Below, one piece after another: positions 42,865-52,981 of a stretch of 64,000 bases of DNA. Each line of letters opens with the position of its first letter. The stretch's first letter is position 1. Source of the stretch: an uncultured Trueperaceae bacterium (lineage in GTDB: Bacteria; Deinococcota; Deinococci; Deinococcales; Trueperaceae); assembly GCA_963799485.1 (NCBI GenBank), contig CAWCXJ010000009.1:96001-160000 (forward strand). Direction: 5' to 3'. The notes beneath the pieces were generated by a model. It was not told where the DNA came from and did not search any database. It saw only the letters and a program-made list of their open reading frames with translations. The translations under genes were made by a program, and so were the position numbers.

Positions 42865-43010
42865 GTGGACGCGCAGATCGCAACTTGTGAGCAGTATGTT
42901 TATGTGCCTGTAGATGTCAACACATCAGACGCCGAAACCTTACAGCTTCCGGGGGTCACCGACGAGGTGGTGACTACCCTTTTCGGTGCACGTCCCTTTG
43001 CCGCGAGCGT
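42865..43010 (+). pseudogene. Helix-hairpin-helix-like protein fragment
   Basis: EQYVYVPVDVNTSDAETLQLPGVTDEVVTTLFGARPFA resembles the ComEA-type HhH pattern (D.NTA..E.L..LPGV); no convincing start. Confidence 0.45.
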
Positions 43011-43290
43011 AACTTTGCGTTTGAACTCGAGATTCGCCCCAATGCGGGCGCCAGTGACGTGGTGTGGGCAGCGCTTAAAGGCGCGAGCCCGCTGCGGGCC
43101 CCCGGTATTTTGGCGTTTGCGGGCGTGATTGCTTGGCTAGCGAGCTACTATCATCCGGCGCTGCAGGGCGCATCACCCGCTGAGGTTCGCCGCAAGCAGC
43201 AAACGACCGAGGGAGAACAGCTCGAGCGATTGACGCCCCCCCTACAGACTCGAGCCGACTGCGGTGCCCACAATAGCTGCAGGAGGCGAA

Positions 43291-43422
43291 ATGGTGGACG
43301 ACTATAGACCCGTTGAGGAACCGTTCGGCCCGGATGAACCCGACTTCGAGGAATCGGAAAGCCGGGACACCGAAGGCCGAAATACTGAAGACCGGGAAGA
43401 CGCCGAAGATGAGCGAGTTTAA
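43291..43422 (+). CDS. Small acidic protein (43 aa)
   Basis: AGGAGG 4 nt before ATG; MVDDYRPVEEPFGPDEPDFEESESRDTEGRNTEDREDAEDERV. Confidence 0.5.
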   Translation: MVDDYRPVEEPFGPDEPDFEESESRDTEGRNTEDREDAEDERV

Positions 43423-43649
43423 GAGAAAAGATGGCAGCAAGCTGTATAGGCCGGGAAAACGTCGAGCAGCAGGAAGACGGCACGGCTGAGGTTAAGCTTC
43501 TGAGTCCGAGATTGACCGCGCGAAGCTTGTCTGGCTGTAGACAGCATGGCAAGAGCCCGAGGGCGTCCGCATTTACTGGTACACCGACGTTAAAAACCGA
43601 TAGGCTTTCCCGTCGGCAATGCGAGCGACTTTGAGAAGATGGAAAATAG

Positions 43650-43861
43650 CACCACGCTCTTCGTAAGCCCGCAAGCTCTCTTTTCTACGTCCCTCCGGGT
43701 AGCTGTTTGGACTGGGTTGCGTACGGCTCTGCTTGCTACAGTCTTTTCTGCTTGCCACTGGGCGCTTGCCATTCTTGACGATATTCTCGCTTCTACAGTG
43801 ATAGCAACAGAACTTCTCGGTAACCATCCCTTGATTTGGCATTCGAGATGAAACCACTACC
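43650..43861 (-). mobile_element. IS1-family left end plus InsA fragment
   Basis: End GGTAGTGG at 43861; MVTEKFCCYHCRSENIVKNGK...KDCSKQSR...LRAYEER, then truncated. Confidence 0.8.
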
Positions 43862-44065
43862 CTTTCGGTTTTCTACTTCTCGCCCAAGCAGTTTAGGTTC
43901 TGGACAACCGGTGGGCTGAAGTTATGGCTGACTTTGGACACATTGCACCCTCTTTTACGCGTGGTTCGCAGCTAACGTGTAAAGGTTTGCAAGCTACAGT
44001 TCGGATCCCAACAAAAAACCGCAGAACTTTTGTACTCTACGTTTTTTTGTTGGTCCGTTAAACAG

Positions 44066-45886
44066 CTACTCGACCGTGACGCTCTTGGCCAGATTACGCG
44101 GCTGGTCAACATCGCGCCCGAGCCGCGCAGCGGTTTCGTAAGCCAAAAGCTGGAGCGCCACCACGTTGACAATCGGTGAGACGAGCTCGAGGGTTGCCGG
44201 GACATAGATCACAGCGTCGGCGTGCGCGGCGATGCGGGTGTCGCCTTCGCTGGCCAGAGCAATCACGATGCCGTCCCTGGCCCGCACCTCTTGCAAGTTC
44301 GAGATGGTTTTGTCATACAAGGCCGAGGCGGTAGCGACCGCTACGACCGGCATGTCCGAATCGATGAGCGCAATCGGGCCGTGTTTCATCTCGCCGGTGG
44401 CGTAGGCTTCGGCGTGGATGTACGAGATTTCTTTGAGTTTGAGCGCACCCTCCAAAGCCGTTGGATAGTTCGCACCCCGGCCCAGAAAGAGGTAGTCACG
44501 CTTGTCTTTGTAGGTCTCGGCAATCCGGGCGACTTCGGCGCGGGTTTGCAGCGTCTCTTCGACCAAAACCGGCAGCTGCCGCAAGGCGCTGATGAGTTCG
44601 GCGGCGCGTTCACCGCTGAGCGCACCCTTGGCGCGGCCTAAAAAGATGGCCAACAGTTCAAACGCCGCGACCATCGCGGTATAGGCTTTGGTGCTGGCGA
44701 CGCCGATTTCCGGGCCGGCGTGGATGTAAAGAACGTCGTCGGCCTCGCGGCTGATGGATGAGCCTTTCGAGTTCAGGATGGCGAGTGTTTTTGCGCCCTG
44801 GGTTTTGGCTTCGCGGAGGGCCTCGAGCGTATCGATCGTCTCGCCCGACTGCGACACCACCACGCAGAGCGTGCGGTCATTCAAGACCGGCTCGCGGTAA
44901 CGAAACTCGCTGGCAATCTCGACGTCTACGGGGATACGCGCGAGCTTTTCGATCAGATACTCGCCGACCATGCCCGAGTAGTAGGCGGTGCCGCACGCGC
45001 TCACGACCACCCGGTCGATGTCGTTCGGATCGAGCTTCAGCCCCAGCTGCACGTCCGCCCCGTTAGCAGCAAAGCGCCCGCCGAGCGTGTTTTGCAACAC
45101 CGTGGGCTGCTCGTAGATTTCCTTGAGCATAAAGTGCTCGAAGCCGGCCTTTTCCGCCGCTTCCGCGTCCCAATCGATGGTAGTGCTGCTGCGCGCCAAC
45201 ACGTTGCCGCCGAAGTCGGTAATCGTCACGCCGTCCCGGGTCAACAGCGCCATATCACCGTCGTGCAGGAACACGACCTCGCGGGTATACGGCAAGAGCG
45301 CCGGTACGTCGCTGGCGACGAAGGTCTCGCCGTCGCCGAGACCCAGAACCATCGGGCTGGTGGCTCTGGCGGCGACAATCAGGTCGTGGTCTTTGTGCGA
45401 CACCACGAGCGCGTACGCGCCCGTTACCTCGCGCAGGGCGCTCCGCACCGCCGCGACCAGATCGCCCTGATAGTGCGCTTCGATGAGGTGAACTATGACC
45501 TCGGTGTCGGTCTCGGAAGCGAAGACGTGACCTGCTGTTTGCAACCGCGACTTGAGCGGCAGGTAGTTTTCGATGATGCCGTTATGAATCACCGCGAGCT
45601 TGCCGTCTTCGGACAGATGCGGATGCGCGTTGACGTCGTTGGGTTTGCCGTGCGTCGCCCAGCGTGTATGACCGAGGCCGAGCGTGCCGGCGAGCGGTTT
45701 GGTTTGCAGCGCGGCGGCTAGAACCTTGAGCTTTCCGGCCCTTTTGGTCACCTGAAGCGCGTCTTCGTTTTTGCCTGAAATCACGACCCCGGCGGAGTCG
45801 TAGCCCCGGTACTCGAGCCTTTTGAGCCCGTCTAGAATTACCTCCGCCGCCTGGCGGTGTCCTACATAACCCACGATGCCACACAT
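44066..45886 (-). CDS. glmS: Glutamine--fructose-6-phosphate aminotransferase
   Basis: MCGIVGY, LEYRGYDSAG, HTRWATHG, SQSGET, ALKLKE, KHGP, PRNLAKSVTVE. Confidence 0.99.
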   Translation of the reverse strand: MCGIVGYVGHRQAAEVILDGLKRLEYRGYDSAGVVISGKNEDALQVTKRAGKLKVLAAALQTKPLAGTLGLGHTRWATHGKPNDVNAHPHLSEDGKLAVIHNGIIENYLPLKSRLQTAGHVFASETDTEVIVHLIEAHYQGDLVAAVRSALREVTGAYALVVSHKDHDLIVAARATSPMVLGLGDGETFVASDVPALLPYTREVVFLHDGDMALLTRDGVTITDFGGNVLARSSTTIDWDAEAAEKAGFEHFMLKEIYEQPTVLQNTLGGRFAANGADVQLGLKLDPNDIDRVVVSACGTAYYSGMVGEYLIEKLARIPVDVEIASEFRYREPVLNDRTLCVVVSQSGETIDTLEALREAKTQGAKTLAILNSKGSSISREADDVLYIHAGPEIGVASTKAYTAMVAAFELLAIFLGRAKGALSGERAAELISALRQLPVLVEETLQTRAEVARIAETYKDKRDYLFLGRGANYPTALEGALKLKEISYIHAEAYATGEMKHGPIALIDSDMPVVAVATASALYDKTISNLQEVRARDGIVIALASEGDTRIAAHADAVIYVPATLELVSPIVNVVALQLLAYETAARLGRDVDQPRNLAKSVTVE

Positions 45887-45959
45887 AAAAGTCTCCTATA
45901 TCAACATCTGCTATCAACAACAAGGTCTGCGCGTGTTTAGACGCAGCCACACAATACCT

Positions 45960-46230
45960 ACAGGCCGCTGACCTCACAGGCACGCCTTCAGGTTTTTCTA
46001 CCGGTTTTCGTAACGACTTTTTGCGCCGGTTGGGATTCCGGCAGGACTCGAGCATCAAAAGACGGGAGGGGCCCGCAGACAGCTTCGCATTTTCGGTACG
46101 GTTCGGGATGATAGCGCCGTCAACCGTTACCTTATCTTTTACCACCCGAACGCAATATATATGCGTGTCCGGGGGTAAAAGCCCTCCACCTCGTCACCTG
46201 ACTTGCAGCCAGCACTCGTGGCGCTAACGG
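45960..46230 (-). ncRNA. glmS ribozyme, variant with extra stems in the catalytic core
   Basis: Cleavage motif AGCGCC (A-1 at 46225), P1 CUGGCU/AGUCAG, GACGAGG (46195-46189), P2 GGAGGG (46187-46182) pairing with CCCUCC (46070-46065) preceded by UCUGCGG; located in the glmS 5' UTR. The 3' boundary is approximate. Confidence 0.8.
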
Positions 46231-46693
46231 TATCGGCTTATAAAACCGGCTTGGAACGCATAACCTCTAGAGGTGTAGCGCTTATAACCGGCTCACTAGA
46301 TAAGCTAAAACCTGCCGCAAATCAGGGCTTGCGCTTTCCCGAGAGTCTTCCCTCGCCCTCCTCCCACGGCTGCCCGACAACGAACATCGTGTGCAGCGCG
46401 TTTAAGACGCCCCGGTTCGCGGGGGCAATCTCACCGCTCTGCTCGAGCAGCGGATGAGCCAAGGTAGCCGACTAATGTGAACGGAACATGAAGCGCGTCA
46501 GGTCTCCGCCCGCGACATCCTCGGGTCCGGGCAGCGTAGCGCCCTGTGAAGGTCCGTGCAGAGGGAGAGCGGCAGTGTCAGCGCCGCACCTTAGTATTCA
46601 CCCAAGAGCAAGAGAAGGTTTCATTTTCGGTTCACCTTTTTCGTTTAAGTTTTCAGTGTTTTATAACGACCTCCAAAAATACTAGTTGGAGGT

Positions 46694-46779
46694 TCCTTTC
46701 GGAAGCGACGAAGTTTGTTCCCTATGTGGGCGCTTGGAGCAGATGGAGCTGGTAGCGCACCCGGCCGAAGCCGAAAGGA
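46694..46779 (+). ncRNA. c-di-GMP-II riboswitch (copy 1)
   Basis: GGAAGC..GAA-[GUUUGUUCC]-CUAUGUGG-GCGCU-U-[GGAGCAGAU]-GGAG-CUGGU-AGCGC-ACCCGGCC, with pseudoknot GCGCU/AGCGC and closing stem UCCUUUCGG/CCGAAAGGA. Confidence 0.85.
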
Positions 46780-46852
46780 CGTTGAGGTGAAGTGTTTCAA
46801 GTGGGTACCGTCGTTTTTGTTGTTTTTACAGTTCGCAAAGGAGATGGTTTAG

Positions 46853-49800
46853 ATGAGCCGCCGTTCATCTCTCGCCCCCCCCCACAGCTCAGCGCCCGAA
46901 ACCGTGCCCGTCAGCCTTTTTCTGGGCGCACGCGTACTGCTACCGCTGCTACTTCTCTTGGGTATTGCCGCTTGTAGTACTGCGCCTACCCCTGCTACGG
47001 TGACCGTCCAGGGAACCGATCCCGCGCTGATTGAAGATGTACAGCCACCTACTTTGCCCATCGAACCGGCAACCGACCCCCTGCCGCGGATCCCCGGAAA
47101 CGTACCGGTCGAGCCTACGCTCAACGCTTCTGCTGCACTCTCGAGTAAGGTGCAGATGCGCCTGTTGCTGATCAGCCCAACCGCTGATGACCCGGGTCTA
47201 GAAGCGCTCAAAGCGCTCTGCGATCAGGTGGGTGCATTGTGCGACACCTTCATTTCGTCGACGACGCCGTTGACCCGCAACGTGCTCGAGGATACGAGCA
47301 AAAGCGAAGGGAAATACCAGGGAATCTTTTTGACCGATAACCAGCTCGCCTATAACAGCGGTGGAAGCTGGGCCGTGTCTTTTGATGCCGACGAGTGGAA
47401 CACGCTCTGGGAGTACGAGCGCGATTACAGCGTACGCCAGGTTTCGCTCTTCACCTATCCCGGCTCCTATCCCGAACCCCAGGGCTTGACCTATGAAGGG
47501 AACGCGCCCGGAACTGCGCCGAGCACCGGCAAAGCCTATTACAACGCCTCGCTAACCGCCGATGGTCAGGATGTTTTTTCGTCGCTCAAGGCGAACGCGC
47601 CCATACCTATCCACTTTGCGTACACCTATCTGGCTAAGTTGGACCCCACCATTTCTTCAGCCAAGCCGCTCCTTCAGGACAGCTCCGGAAATGTGCTGGC
47701 CGCCACCTCGACCTCCCCTGATGGGCGGGAGCGCTTGGCGCTGAGTATGGCGCAGGCTCCGTTCCTGCTGCATAGCCAGCTGCTGACCTACGACCTGATG
47801 CGTTGGGTGACCAAAGGCGTCTTTATCGGTCAGCGGCAATTCTATCTGGGGATTGACCAGGACGACTTTTTTGTGCCGACCGATAAGTGGGACGCGACCG
47901 TAGGCGGCATTAACGGTCAGTACCGGCTGACTGCCCAGGATGTTGCGGGTCTCGTTGCCCAGCAGAATAAGCTCCGGAGCGCCTACCCCTTTGCCAAAGA
48001 CTTCGCCTGGACCATAGCGTTTAACGGTTCCTACGCCAACGAAAGTGCACCGAGCGACTGCAGCGCCGCCCCAGGTGGCCCTGACCCGCTGACTAGTGCG
48101 GCCCTGTGCTACAAGGGTGAGTTCTTTTGGCTTAACCATACCTGGACGCACGCGTTCATGGACAAAACGAACTACGCTACGTCGTTCAGCGAAATCGACC
48201 TTAATACAAAACTTGCCCAGCGCCTTGGCCTCACTACAAGTAAGTACGGCTTCAATAGCCTAGTTACGGGTGATATATCCGGATTGGGTTGGTACGCCCC
48301 TAATGGGCCTGACACCGGCCCCAAAGTCGACTTCGGCTTAAATGCGTCAAACCCTGAGTTCTTGAAAGCTGCCGCAGATGCCGGCGTCCGCTATCTCGCC
48401 TCGAACATGTCTGTGACGTCACAGGAGCCGGTGAACTGTTGGGGTTGCGGTATCACGCACCCGCTTAATTCAGACATCTTCTTGATTCCGCGTTGGCCAA
48501 CCAACCTGTTTTTTTCCCCGACCACACCCGTCGATATGATGGACGCCTACAACCGCGTCTACGGTCCAAGTGGCAGCTCCCCCTATTTCGACAAAAATCT
48601 CACCTATGACGAGTACCTTGACGTCGAGGCTGAAATTTCCCTTTTCCACGTCATCTCCGGTTCGCCTTATCAGCACTATCAGCACGTCGGCAACCTGCGC
48701 GAGTACGCTTCAGGCCGCAGCTTGGCCTACGACTGGGTAGAACGACTTCTCTCACAGTACAGCCGCTACTACAACAAACCGCTTAAAACGCTCGACTGGA
48801 AAACACTGAGCGAAACCGTTGCCAAACGCACTTCATTTAGAAAAGCAGGTCTTAGCGGCGTCTTGGATATGGCGGCCAAAACGGTTACTATCACCTCCGC
48901 CAACGGTGGAACACTCTACTTTACGCACGGCTCGAGCGCCACCATCGTTACGGACAGCCTTGGCGTAGGTCAAAGCAAGACCTTTAACGTCTCCTATGAC
49001 TATTCTGCTCCTAAAAACGCTCAAGAAATCACCTTCACCTCGGCGGCCCCGACCAACGCCACGGTAGGTGGCAGCTACACCGTCAGCGCCACGGCCAGCT
49101 CCGGCTTGGCGGTCAGCTTTGCCTCTACTACTACTGACGTCTGCACCGTTTCGGGCAGCACCGTCAACTTCGTTGCTGCTGGGGCATGTACGGTCGATGC
49201 GTCGCAGGCCGGGAACGAAACCTACAACCCCGCACCTAACGTCAATCAGACGTTTGCCATTACGGCAGCTCCGGTTGTCAAGCAAAACCAGACCATCACC
49301 TTCACCTCGTCGGCCCCGACCAACGCCACGGTAGGTGGCAGCTACACCGTCAGCGCCACGGCCAGCTCCGGCTTGGCGGTCAGCTTTGCCTCTACTACTA
49401 CTGACGTCTGCACCGTTTCGGGCAGTACCGTCAACTTCGTTGCTGCTGGGGCATGTACGGTCGATGCGTCGCAGGCCGGGAATGAAACCTACAACCCCGC
49501 ACCTAACGTCAATCAGACGTTTGCCGTTGCGGCAGCTCCGGTTGTCAAGCAAAACCAGACCATCACCTTCACCTCGTCGGCCCCGACCAGCGCCACGGTG
49601 GGTGGCAGCTACACCGTCAGCGCCACAGCCAGCTCCGGCTTGGCGGTCAGCTTCCGCACAGCTAATCCCAACAGATGCACGGTTTCGGGTAGCACCGTCA
49701 ACTTCATTGCCAGGGGCAGGTGCACTATTCGCGCCTTACAAGCAGGCGACGCCAGCTACAATGCGGCTCCCACGGTTTCGCAGTCTTTCGCGATCCAGGC

Positions 49801-50065
49801 AGTGGTCAAGCAAAACCAGACCGTCACCTTCACCTCGTCGGCCCCGACCAACGCCACGGTGGGTGGCAGCTACACCGTCAGCGCCACAGCCAGCTCCGGC
49901 TTGGCGGTCAGCTTCCGCACAGCTAATCCCAACAGATGTACGGTTTCGGGTAGCACCGTCAACTTCATTGCCAGGGGTAGGTGCACCATTCGCGCCTTAC
50001 AAGCAGGCGACGCCAGCTACAAAGCTGCGCCCAGGGTTTCGCAGTCTTTCACCGTGCGCCGTTGA
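46853..50065 (+). CDS. Agd3-like (CE18-type) polysaccharide deacetylase lipoprotein with four C-terminal Ig-like repeats
   Basis: Lipobox IAAC. Agd3-like motifs VRQVSLFTYP, RQFYLGIDQDDFF, WLNHTWTH, LIPRWPTNLFF and YQHVGNLR. Four ~88-aa beta-rich repeats. Confidence 0.8.
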   Translation: MSRRSSLAPPHSSAPETVPVSLFLGARVLLPLLLLLGIAACSTAPTPATVTVQGTDPALIEDVQPPTLPIEPATDPLPRIPGNVPVEPTLNASAALSSKVQMRLLLISPTADDPGLEALKALCDQVGALCDTFISSTTPLTRNVLEDTSKSEGKYQGIFLTDNQLAYNSGGSWAVSFDADEWNTLWEYERDYSVRQVSLFTYPGSYPEPQGLTYEGNAPGTAPSTGKAYYNASLTADGQDVFSSLKANAPIPIHFAYTYLAKLDPTISSAKPLLQDSSGNVLAATSTSPDGRERLALSMAQAPFLLHSQLLTYDLMRWVTKGVFIGQRQFYLGIDQDDFFVPTDKWDATVGGINGQYRLTAQDVAGLVAQQNKLRSAYPFAKDFAWTIAFNGSYANESAPSDCSAAPGGPDPLTSAALCYKGEFFWLNHTWTHAFMDKTNYATSFSEIDLNTKLAQRLGLTTSKYGFNSLVTGDISGLGWYAPNGPDTGPKVDFGLNASNPEFLKAAADAGVRYLASNMSVTSQEPVNCWGCGITHPLNSDIFLIPRWPTNLFFSPTTPVDMMDAYNRVYGPSGSSPYFDKNLTYDEYLDVEAEISLFHVISGSPYQHYQHVGNLREYASGRSLAYDWVERLLSQYSRYYNKPLKTLDWKTLSETVAKRTSFRKAGLSGVLDMAAKTVTITSANGGTLYFTHGSSATIVTDSLGVGQSKTFNVSYDYSAPKNAQEITFTSAAPTNATVGGSYTVSATASSGLAVSFASTTTDVCTVSGSTVNFVAAGACTVDASQAGNETYNPAPNVNQTFAITAAPVVKQNQTITFTSSAPTNATVGGSYTVSATASSGLAVSFASTTTDVCTVSGSTVNFVAAGACTVDASQAGNETYNPAPNVNQTFAVAAAPVVKQNQTITFTSSAPTSATVGGSYTVSATASSGLAVSFRTANPNRCTVSGSTVNFIARGRCTIRALQAGDASYNAAPTVSQSFAIQAVVKQNQTVTFTSSAPTNATVGGSYTVSATASSGLAVSFRTANPNRCTVSGSTVNFIARGRCTIRALQAGDASYKAAPRVSQSFTVRR
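49022..50060 (+). repeat. Four intragenic tandem repeats (267, 267 and 261 bp spacing)
   Basis: Units start at 49022, 49289, 49556 and 49817. Units 1/2 and units 3/4 are near-identical pairs. Confidence 0.95.
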
Positions 50066-50090
50066 GGAAACCTTTTTACGAGCCTTACAA

Positions 50091-50124
50091 GCCCTATGCA
50101 GCTTCAACTGAAGCTGCATAGGGC
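50091..50124. terminator. Long perfect hairpin after the deacetylase gene
   Basis: GCCCTATGCAGCTTCA-AC-TGAAGCTGCATAGGGC; no U-tract on the + strand. Confidence 0.6.
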
Positions 50125-50610
50125 GGAAAACACTATAGTTTTGGTTCTTACCCATCCAAGCTACCGAATGCAAAGGCGACGCACCTGAAGGCCAAACATG
50201 CACGTTACAACAAAAAGTATCGATTCCGTTTCAAAGGTGGACGGCGTTCGCCAAGCTGCTCGAGGTACCATAGTGGTTCGCCTATTTGACCAGATCTGCG
50301 GTGCCGCTCGCCCTTTGTAACGGGGTTTGGCTTCGCCGTCAACTCTCGCAGTGTCCCACGTTTACGTGAGTGTTTACCCTCGGCGGCGCGCTCGAGATTG
50401 GGGAGACGCGTCGCCTTTTGTTTTTGCGCCTTTTGTTCTCAAACAGTAACCTTGCGGCTCAAAGTAACCTTGACTTCTACAGGCTAACAGTTGCCCTTAG
50501 ACGCTGGTTTCGTGAACGGGCACGCTACCTTTTGCCTCATGGCGTTTTTGGAATGACTCAAGAAGCCTTGGGGTAGAACCAATCGCCACTACTATTTCGG
50601 GGAGGTTTAC

Positions 50611-51396
50611 ATGCGAGAAGTGCTTATGGGCATCTTTTTCACTCTCTTCTTGACCAGCTGCACCCAAGCTTTACTAAACCGTGAAAGTCAGGCTATACGC
50701 TGGCGTCCGAAACCCGGTACCTCGTGGCAGTGGCAGTTACAGGGAAAACTCGATACTTCATTCAAAGTCGACGCTTACGACCTTGACCTCTTCGATACGT
50801 CGGCGGCAACAATTGCCAAACTGCATAACCGGGGTACGAAAGTCATCTGCTATTTTTCGGCGGGCTCGTATGAGGCGTGGCGCCCCGACGCAGCAAAAAT
50901 ACCCAAAGCGGCGCGCGGCAAAAAGCTGCAAGGGTGGGATGAGTCGTGGCTCGATGTGCGCTCTAAGGGGGTAAAGGCTGTGATGCGCGCGCGGCTAGCC
51001 CTAGCCAGCAAAAAGGGGTGCGACGCTGTTGAGCCTGATAATGTAGACGGCTACAGTCATAAGACGGGTTTTGCGCTCACCGCAAGTGATTCGCTACGTT
51101 ACAGCATGTTTCTGGCACGTGAGGCGCACGCACGTGGTCTGAGCGTCGCGCTGAAGAACAATCTGGAACAGGTCAAGGTGCTCGAGCCTTACTTCGATTT
51201 TGCCATCAACGAAGAATGCCACGCTTGGCGCGAATGCGCCAAGCTTCAGCCCTTTATAAAGGCGCGCAAGGCTGTACTGGGGGTTGAGTACAACCTCAAT
51301 CCTAAAAAATTTTGTCAAAGAGCAAATGCAGCCGATATGGACTTTCTGAAAAAGCGTCCAAGCTTGGACGCTTACCGCGTTGCGTGCAGACCGTGA
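50611..51396 (+). CDS. GH114 endo-alpha-1,4-polygalactosaminidase-like lipoprotein (Ega3-like)
   Basis: Lipobox LTSC; SWQWQL, YDLDLFD, VICYFSAGSYEAWRPD, KGCDAVEPDNVDGY, ALKN, FAINEEC, VLGVEY. Confidence 0.92.
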   Translation: MREVLMGIFFTLFLTSCTQALLNRESQAIRWRPKPGTSWQWQLQGKLDTSFKVDAYDLDLFDTSAATIAKLHNRGTKVICYFSAGSYEAWRPDAAKIPKAARGKKLQGWDESWLDVRSKGVKAVMRARLALASKKGCDAVEPDNVDGYSHKTGFALTASDSLRYSMFLAREAHARGLSVALKNNLEQVKVLEPYFDFAINEECHAWRECAKLQPFIKARKAVLGVEYNLNPKKFCQRANAADMDFLKKRPSLDAYRVACRP

Positions 51397-51595
51397 CACC
51401 TGCAAGTCTGGTCGGTACTGCAAGAACCGCCGCACACTACCCTGCTGCTTCGGTGTGGATTTCACCTGTCTTTTATGCAATCGGCGTACAGACGATTGGT
51501 AGCCTTGATGAGCCGCTGGGCCGATGCTATGGCTTGCCGCAACCCCGAAGTTTACTGGCGCAGCGAGTACAAGGCGGCAATACACGTAGCGTAAC

Positions 51596-52981
51596 ATGAA
51601 GTTTCTCCGTAAATCGACGCAACCTTTTTATTATGATGGTTTCAGGACGAAGAAAGGAACCCGGAAAACCTTGAAATACAACCCCCACATCGTGCTCCTA
51701 CCAACGACATCCATAAGCTCGTTGTGCCTGCTTCTCTCGCTGTTTCTGGGGGCCACCAGTTGGGCCAGCGCCGAAAACGTAAGTGTGGCAGCCTTTCTTG
51801 GGTTGCTGCAGAACAGCCCAGAGCTTCAGGCCACGCGCGCTTCAGTCGCGGCTGCTGAGGCGGCCCTTAACCAGGCGCGCAAACCCGTTGCGCTCGATCT
51901 CAACGTAGCAGCGCAAACTCGCTCGGACCCGCTGGCCCCGGCTACCCCTGTCGCCAACCTGGGAACGGGTGTGACCGCCTATCCGTTTAACTACGGGCCC
52001 CAGGGTCAGACCGTCCGAACGCGCGAGTTGGAGCTCGCCCAGGCTCGGCTGAACTACCGTCAGGCGCTGGTGCGGCTAGAGATCAAGGCCTTAAGAAGCA
52101 CCTTCGAGCTCGAGTTGAACCGCCAAGCACTGGCGTTAGCACAGCGCGGCACCGTGGCGGCTGAGCAGATTCGTGAAACTACACAGCTACGCTATACCCA
52201 AGGCGTGGCGACAATTGTAGACGTGCGTAACGCAGAAGCCGAGGAGCAGCGGAAGAAAAATCTGGTATCGACCTTTGCGGCTAACTTGGAGCTAGCTGAA
52301 GCGACCCTCACGGAGCTGGTGGGGCAGGCGCGTTTAGCCCGGTTGCCCGACCTGAGGACGCCGGAAGGAACACCCGCAAATCTTCGTTACAGCGATATCA
52401 CCGTGCAGTTGGCGCGCATCGGTGCGTCGGGAGCTGTGCGCGACTTTTATCCTGTGGCTGAGGTGACCTACAACCTCGATCTGTCGGAACAAAGCCGGGT
52501 ATCTGCGTCACTCAGCTCTAGGGATCTGGCTCCGCGGGTAGGCTACACCTACGCGAGTAACGGGTGGGACGATGGCGTTAGACTTTCTGTTCGCCTCTCC
52601 ACGACGATTTCGCCCGAGCAGTTCCAAAACGTCACCCGCCTTGAACAGCTGCAAGTTGCTGCTGAAGAGAATCAACGTGCAGCGGAGCGCGACGCCACCA
52701 CGCAGGAAAGGCAGCTGTTAAACCGAATAGCGGAGACGGCGCGTAACAAAGAACTTGCGAGCTTTATCTTCAAAAATGCTGAGCGCTCACTTCGTGAGGT
52801 GCAGCAGCGGCAGTTGCTGGGTGTCGCCACGCCTCTCGACACCCAGCAGGCCGTTGTTGCCTTGGCGAACGCCGGCGCGTCGTTGTGGGATTCGCTGTAC
52901 GACGCCCGGCGTCAGCATATGCTGGCGCTCCTTGACCTTTACGAATTTTACGGTCTACCTGTCCTGGAGCTGCTCCCATGA
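51596..52981 (+). CDS. TolC/outer-membrane efflux-like protein 1
   Basis: Signal peptide, LQNSPELQA, coiled-coil helices with two G-x-A-T-x-x-D turns (QGVATIVDV, LGVATPLDT) and beta segments. Start may be TTG 51671. Confidence 0.75.
   Translation: MKFLRKSTQPFYYDGFRTKKGTRKTLKYNPHIVLLPTTSISSLCLLLSLFLGATSWASAENVSVAAFLGLLQNSPELQATRASVAAAEAALNQARKPVALDLNVAAQTRSDPLAPATPVANLGTGVTAYPFNYGPQGQTVRTRELELAQARLNYRQALVRLEIKALRSTFELELNRQALALAQRGTVAAEQIRETTQLRYTQGVATIVDVRNAEAEEQRKKNLVSTFAANLELAEATLTELVGQARLARLPDLRTPEGTPANLRYSDITVQLARIGASGAVRDFYPVAEVTYNLDLSEQSRVSASLSSRDLAPRVGYTYASNGWDDGVRLSVRLSTTISPEQFQNVTRLEQLQVAAEENQRAAERDATTQERQLLNRIAETARNKELASFIFKNAERSLREVQQRQLLGVATPLDTQQAVVALANAGASLWDSLYDARRQHMLALLDLYEFYGLPVLELLP

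Noticed and set aside
44000..44066. Tn7 insertion at attTn7 downstream of glmS
   Set aside because: No Tn7 ends or tns genes; the accessory locus lies upstream of glmS, not downstream.
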